This document shows, one piece after another, positions 58,860 through 64,000 of a stretch of DNA of 64,000 bases. Positions within the stretch are counted from its first letter, which is position 1. Each line of letters begins with the position of its first letter. The stretch is from the NCBI GenBank assembly GCA_002633005.1, contig NMRA01000918.1, positions 1 through 64,000 on the forward strand, written 5' to 3'. The position numbers and the translations under genes are program-made. Below the pieces are notes generated by a model. That model had not been told where the DNA came from, made no database searches, and saw only the letters and a program-made list of their open reading frames with translations. Origin of the DNA: Phoronis australis (Eukaryota > Animalia > Phoronida).

Positions 58860-61800
58860 TCTGTCTTACTGGCTCTGGTCTGAAAGATGAGCCCTGATGG
58901 AATATGTTAGTTTGTTGCTACCAGCGTACCCATTGAAAATGACTAGTCTATGATTTATTGAATACACAAACGGACCAAGCGCAGATTGGTGGTGTAAGTG
59001 ATCCCCAAATGGCAGCAGTTGCTAATGGCAATGGAACATGGTTGCCACTGTAGGCGACATGATGTAGGAAAAATGATGTTCAATCATTCGAGAACGGTTT
59101 GACAAAATGTGTGCGGTTAAACATACTGCAGTGACTTTAGTGATGACTTGGCACGCCAGTGTCTCAGACTTGATTGTATGCTGTACATTGCAGCCATTGT
59201 GTCTTTATAAAAAACATTTCTAAATGTGATCTTGTACTGGTAACCACAACTTTATGACAACAATCATAAGCTGGAGTCACAAAAAGATGCGACTGCCATT
59301 GTATTTGAAATTAACCCATTCTACCAAGGGGTGGGGTTGGGGGAGTGTGCAAAGAGATGTACTCCGTTCTCTTCCCAGCTTTTTCAGATGTTGGTGTACC
59401 ATTTTTACCTTTTTGAGCGTTATGTGTAGCTCATGTTAGTGCATAGGCTCGAGTCAGTATGCCGTTTGGCTTTAACTTTGTCACTGTAATCCTGAGTTTA
59501 TAATGTGGTGTGTCTCAAGCTGCGTTGAACAAGTGACATTTTTGTGTACCATTGATTAGGAATGTGTTTAGTCTTAGTGGTTGATATCATTCCATTCCTG
59601 CCAAAGACCGTCTTTAGTTTTAATATTTAATGAATACCGGATAGGTTGCAATGTTACGTTTATTTTGATTTTTTTTTGATATGCTTTAAATACGGCAATT
59701 CTCATCAATCAACACACGCACATTACACACATTGCAGTGCTAGGTGTATAGTGTGTTGGCTATTAAAGACAATTGACTGTACTGTGTTGTGTGTTGTGGC
59801 ATGTGCTCTTGTTGTGTGTCATAGCACTGCAGCACACATAGTGAGTGCAGCTGCACTATGATGCGTCACTTAGAGACGTCTCGTTGCGCCATCTGTTGAG
59901 TGAAGCAAAAACCTGTTCTCTCGTTGTGCGGTAAACTCTCGATTTAGACAATTAATTTAGTGCAATATGTCGAGGATCATTTATTCCATTTATAATGAAT
60001 ACAATGTAAATAAATCGGGGTACATATTAACAAGGGTTAGCGTAGAAACTATTTTTTAAATCATGTCGTGCCTGTATTGGGTTTGAGGCTTTACATAGTA
60101 CATGTGAACGTAGATAAATCCAACTGACCAGTATTACACTTAACTATCATTCTGAGTTCAATTAGTTGATCCGACTTTGTTATATCGAGTGCTGTTTTGG
60201 GTGTGACTATTACCTTGGGTATTGCTCTAATACACAACCATGAGTGTCAGATGTTTCACCAGATTATAAAATTAACCATCCTTGTAGCCTGTGGTTACAC
60301 TATGGTCAGAATGAAGCTGATGGGTGTTATTTTTGGTTTAGTAAATCACACGATTATTTTTCACGGAACCAGCATTCCTCATAACAAGTCAGTTAGGCCT
60401 ACGTAAACCTAGAATCCATTATTGGGTCCTAGCGTGAGCAGTCTGAAAGCTAAATCTGTTTACTAAAACTTTTGTTCTGTGAAATTTGGTTCTCTGTTTA
60501 GACGTTATATGTTTTGTGAATACCTTGCAGTCAAAGTAGTTATAGCAAAGTTGTGAAACCGTATTCGGTTTGTCCGAAGCAACAGTATTAACCGTAAATT
60601 TGTACTGTAATATTTAACACAGGATTACCAAGTTGTTCTGTACTCTATATTAGGCAAGCGTTAATAATTTATTTTGCATCCCATTTTCACTGTGGACTAA
60701 CTGTATTTTGTGGTTTATCAAATAAATATTTAAAGGAACCTATTTTCACAAAAGTTGTGTTTGTTAAATACTTTAATTTGTAATTATTTTGACCATGTCT
60801 TACATGAAATATCATGCCAGATTTTTTATGCTTTGACAGGACGAAGTTTTTGAGAGTACAGTGAAGTCCATCTGCATACAATTTTTACTCTTTGAGTGAA
60901 AACATTTCAGTTATATTACTGAAGTCACTTTTTAAGTAATCTCATGACAATTGCATGTTGTCTCTGGTGACGTAATTTCACCTTGAAAACCTCAAAACAC
61001 CAACCAAACAGAGTGCCATCTAGTGTTCAATGATGGAACCAGTCTACTCAATCCATTGTAATTACAGTTAGCTTTCACTGCACTTGGCAATTTGTGAATG
61101 CCACATTAGGGCCTTCAGTCTTAAGCAATAATGATGCATAAACTTTCCTAAGCTCAGCATGAGAAAGGCAATGAGTCATTCTAATAGACTTGTTTCATCA
61201 CTACATAAAAGGCCTTTTTTAATCAGTATTTTGGAAAATACTAAAGACCTTGAGACGCCACTGATGACCTGTACAGGTAAATTCATTTCGACATCAAAAA
61301 TTGCTTGACCTAGGCAAACAATCTTTGAAAAAATACGCGACGACTCTCTATAGCAATTAAGAGAAATTTTACCAAAATAATTTATTTACAACGTGAACAA
61401 CAAGACATCGAAAGTCCGAGTCCTTTTGCAAACCCTGATGGAACCCTTTCAAGAGATTTTAATATTAGAGCTTTAAAAATGCTTCATAACTGAGCTTTCA
61501 CACATTCACATACAGAACACACAGTTCCCCGTACATTGCTAACACTATATCCATATTGCTACACCCTCAACACCTACTATGTAACCCAACTTCAGCGCAT
61601 TATCTAGTTTAAGTTGGATTGTTTCACATGAAGCCAGATGGGTATTTTCATACATAAAGGAGGACATTATGTTGTAATGTCTGGCATCATAAGCAATGAC
61701 AAGTGACTGTTCCTGCTTCTGATAACATCGCTTTCTTGAAAATTGTCTCGCTTTCAAAATATTCTTGAGCAGACTCCACAAAGAGTCGTAAATTTGCACG

Positions 61801-64000
61801 ATGTTGTTTGGCAGATCTAGGCGAGCCAACACATGGACTAGATAGTCACGCCACCTGGTGACTTCCTCGAAGTTCCATGCAGCGCCAATAAAGTCAAGCC
61901 GAAATCATAAACTCTCACCAGGAATGAATCGAGTTAACAGTGACAAATGTTCTCGTTTAGGCAAACAATGAACTTCATAAAGACCATGGTTTTATCATAC
62001 CGTAATTAGGCGTCCCATCTTACCCCATCCAAAAGCCAAGCAAATGCTCTTATGTCAAACAAAAACGGTACCACATGAGGCTTATTGAAGTGTTCTAAAC
62101 AAAACATAATAAGGCAATAATAATTTGGCAGTATGTTACAGAAAAAAATATACTTAGAACTTATAGTAAATCTTCCACGAAAATGAAAAACAAACATATA
62201 ACGAGGGAATTTTCAAGAGTGGACAATGAAAGTTGAGAGAAATTCTTGATCAAGAAAATCTTATCAAATTCTTGATCTTTAGTTTTAGTTATACCTGAAT
62301 CCCTTATTTTGAAACCAGAGGTCGTCAAATTAAAATAAATAGGTGCTACTTTACTTATTAAGTCAGAAACAAAATAATAAGTAATTATCACAGTATAATA
62401 AATTGCGAAAATACTTTTAAAAGGTCTGCAACAAAACATGTAAAGTCAGTTTTGAACTTAGTGACCTAAAATGTTCACAAGTTCTAACACCCAACATCAA
62501 GGCAATGTTCTGTTATAATGCTTACTAAAATCGTTGCAGATAACGGGGCAGATCATGATTAAATGCTTCAACTTTGCAGAAATGAGATTTTTCAAACAAA
62601 CTATCACACATTTAACATCCAAGCTGTTTCACTGAAAGCATCATAGCCCATCACTGGAAAAAGTTCTTTGAGAAGATAATTATTTTTTAATAGTTCAATT
62701 TAATGGTTAAATAAAATGAGCTTATCTCATCACTACAAACATCCTGACAGCTTTTCATATTTATTATTCAAAACAAGTTAACGTTACTAATTTTGATTTT
62801 CACCTTGTTTCCCACTTCCCTTTAAGTATTACCACTGCTTTGGTTGAAAAGACACTGCTAGATTCACACCTACACAGAACACATACAAACCCAGCTAAAC
62901 CACCAAACTACTGCGGGCATTAAAGTACAGGCAAGGCAAAAGAAATGTAACAGGTAAAAACAGACATTAAACAAAACACGTTTAAAGCAATCGCCAAATT
63001 ACCTTTTACCAGGATGCCTAGAAATTACCTGTTCTGACTAACAATTACAGACAAACCCTAATTCCAGAAAGGCAACTTCATCTAGCTTTTTGATCAACGC
63101 ACCATCATTTGGTCATGAGAGGATGACTACAACAGGGAAATTCCCTTAGGGCTGGTCAATAAGTCTTTTTAAGCACATATTTGACGTTTTCTCAACATCT
63201 TTTACTTCAAACTCAGAGAAACAAAGACACTACTACAACTGTGATAAAGGTATCCTATCAACAGAAACAATTGCTATTAACAACAGAGATTCACAATGAC
63301 TATGGTATAGTAAAATCCTACTAAATCAATTTTGGACGAAAATAATTGCTAAAACTGATCTATTTTCATTTTTGAAAGGTTTCTAACACATGAATGCTGA
63401 TAATTTCCAAGAATCGCCGTCTGATAGTAACTATGGTACAAACCTTTAAAAATGATGCAGCGTTTATTTGGAGTAACTTATCTTCAATAAAAAAATTAAT
63501 GAAGAAATAAAATTTCACTCATTGTGTCATAAATTGGCCCAATTTTATTCCTCCCAGAATTCCCCCGAGTACTACCATGAGATACGGACATGCGCAAAGC
63601 GAACCATTCCACGGACTTATCTTCTGGAGGAAGACGTGTTTTTCCTTTGGAAGGTTTTTTCGCGCAAGTTATACCGCGACCACGCTCAATTGCATAACTC
63701 TTTGCTACTGAGCATTTTCTTCTTATCCTATATAATCATCTTGGAAGTTTTTGGACGACCGAGCTCACCGACTCTGTGTGACTCGGCGGGCCACACCTTG
63801 CCCGGTTTTACCGGCGCAGAGCATTACGACTCTCTATTGGCCTCATCGTATTTTCAGGCCTACCTGCTTTGGGGTTTCCGTGACCCGACACGGACCATGT
63901 GGAGTGTTTGATAGTTGTCCTATCCTCGTACGCTTAACCTCACCNACTTCAAACTCAAAGAAACAAAGACACTACTACAACTGTGATAAAGGTATCATGG

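Noticed and set aside
58857-58883. Stop-codon readthrough of RIPOR (TAG then SVLLALV*)
   Set aside because: TAG-T is not a recognised leaky context and there is no supporting evidence.
63522-63911. 129-aa ORF
   Set aside because: No recognisable domain; lies inside the putative insertion next to a gap.

Overview
This is an AT-rich, intron-rich animal genomic window. Gene content and repeat types suggest a marine invertebrate, possibly a deuterostome, but this is inference only. Three protein-coding genes were reconstructed by hand from splice signals, phase continuity and recalled family motifs. (1) NUP35/Nup53 lies on the minus strand, with 9 coding exons from 17955 down to 6725; its last exon(s) were not found and presumably lie left of the window. 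(2) A two-exon signal peptide-LRR-Ig-Thr-rich stalk-TM receptor lies on the plus strand (1598-6440), apparently nested antisense in the NUP35 intron after the RRM exon. (3) A RIPOR/FAM65-family gene lies on the plus strand (19 coding exons including a 24-nt microexon, 40203-58859, about 913 aa). Its probable non-coding first exon (~18440-18618) is head-to-head with NUP35, and two tiny in-frame ATG-bearing exons lie in its ~21.5 kb first intron. The rest is intronic sequence with MITEs, foldback elements, hAT-like elements with 5-bp direct repeats, Helentron/HINE-like elements, a tRNA-derived fragment, minisatellites and two N-joined duplications that are probably uncollapsed haplotypes. I found no CRISPR, rRNA or intact tRNA, and no clear-cut novel system. 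The best leads are the nested immune-type receptor, the RIPOR start-codon microexons and the duplicated splice donors.
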